NCBI GenBank assembly: GCA_002269645.1
Contig: NIVC01003178.1
Span: 1 to 64,000, forward strand
Direction: 5' to 3'
DNA length: 64,000 nucleotides
From: Macrostomum lignano
Taxonomy: Eukaryota
Each line of letters begins with the position of its first letter. The stretch's first letter is position 1. Below, piece after piece: positions 63,709 through 64,000 of the stretch. The notes under the pieces were generated by a model. The model was given only the letters and a program-made list of their open reading frames with translations, was not told the DNA's origin and did no database searches. Both the position numbers and the translations under genes were made by a program.

Positions 63709-64000
63709 TCAATTAAGGCGCCTAGTCTCTGGCTCGAGAAATGCCAGCAGGTGAGCATAGGGGGTGCACCGCTTAGCAACGGTGAGAGCAGTCTCGCCGG
63801 ACGAATTCACAGCGCTTGGGTCCAGCCGAGGGTGCAGCAGCAGCAGCTGGGCGGTGGCGGGGTCGCGGTTCTCGCCTAAGCACAGATGCAGGGGAGTCTG
63901 GCCGCTCTCCGTTGCAGCGTTCGGGTCGGCGCCAGCCCGCAGTAGCAGCGCCACCACCGCAGTCTGGTTCCAGAATGCCGCGCTGTGCAGCGCCGTCCAG
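63709..64000 (-). CDS. ANKRD49: Ankyrin-repeat protein, ANKRD49-like; 3' part only, 5' end lies beyond the window
   Basis: WTALHSAAFWNQTAVVALLLRAGADPNAATESGQTPLHLCLGENRD...NSSGETALTVAKR resembles ANKRD49 WTPLHSACKWNN...DADINAQTKGLLTPLHLAAGNRD...NNLEETAFDIARR. Confidence 0.75.
   Translation of the reverse strand, partial: WTALHSAAFWNQTAVVALLLRAGADPNAATESGQTPLHLCLGENRDPATAQLLLLHPRLDPSAVNSSGETALTVAKRCTPYAHLLAFLEPETRRLN

Overview
Eukaryotic (metazoan) genomic DNA. GC-rich exons with poly-Ala/Gln/Ser runs, AT-rich spacers and satellite-filled introns resemble a free-living flatworm such as Macrostomum (inference, not verified). I assembled six spliced genes by hand with frame-consistent junctions: SAPCD2-like (+, 10077-12239), malectin (-, 14368-18565), a slicer-intact PIWI (-, 20951-25045), an 11-exon mGluR-like class C GPCR (+, 33010-56046), TAF6 (-, 57759-62262) and a partial ANKRD49-like gene (-, 63709 to window end). 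Most long ORFs in the supplied track are artefacts of tandem repeats. Right of ~32 kb nearly every intron holds its own minisatellite. Best leads: (1) the GPCR exon-2/intron-2 junction amplified into ~75 tandem CAG|GTGAGT splice sites; (2) a MITE family carrying the 28S rRNA H69-H71 (R2/I-PpoI target) segment; (3) mutually complementary heptamer satellites bracketing the 7TM exon, which also ends in a GC donor; (4) a glutamate pocket lacking the distal-carboxylate residues; (5) eight perfect CRE sites spaced 31-32 bp apart; (6) CpG-depleted blocks at the 5' side of three genes. No CRISPR array, intact rRNA gene or intact tRNA gene was seen. Repeat boundaries and copy numbers are read by eye and are approximate.
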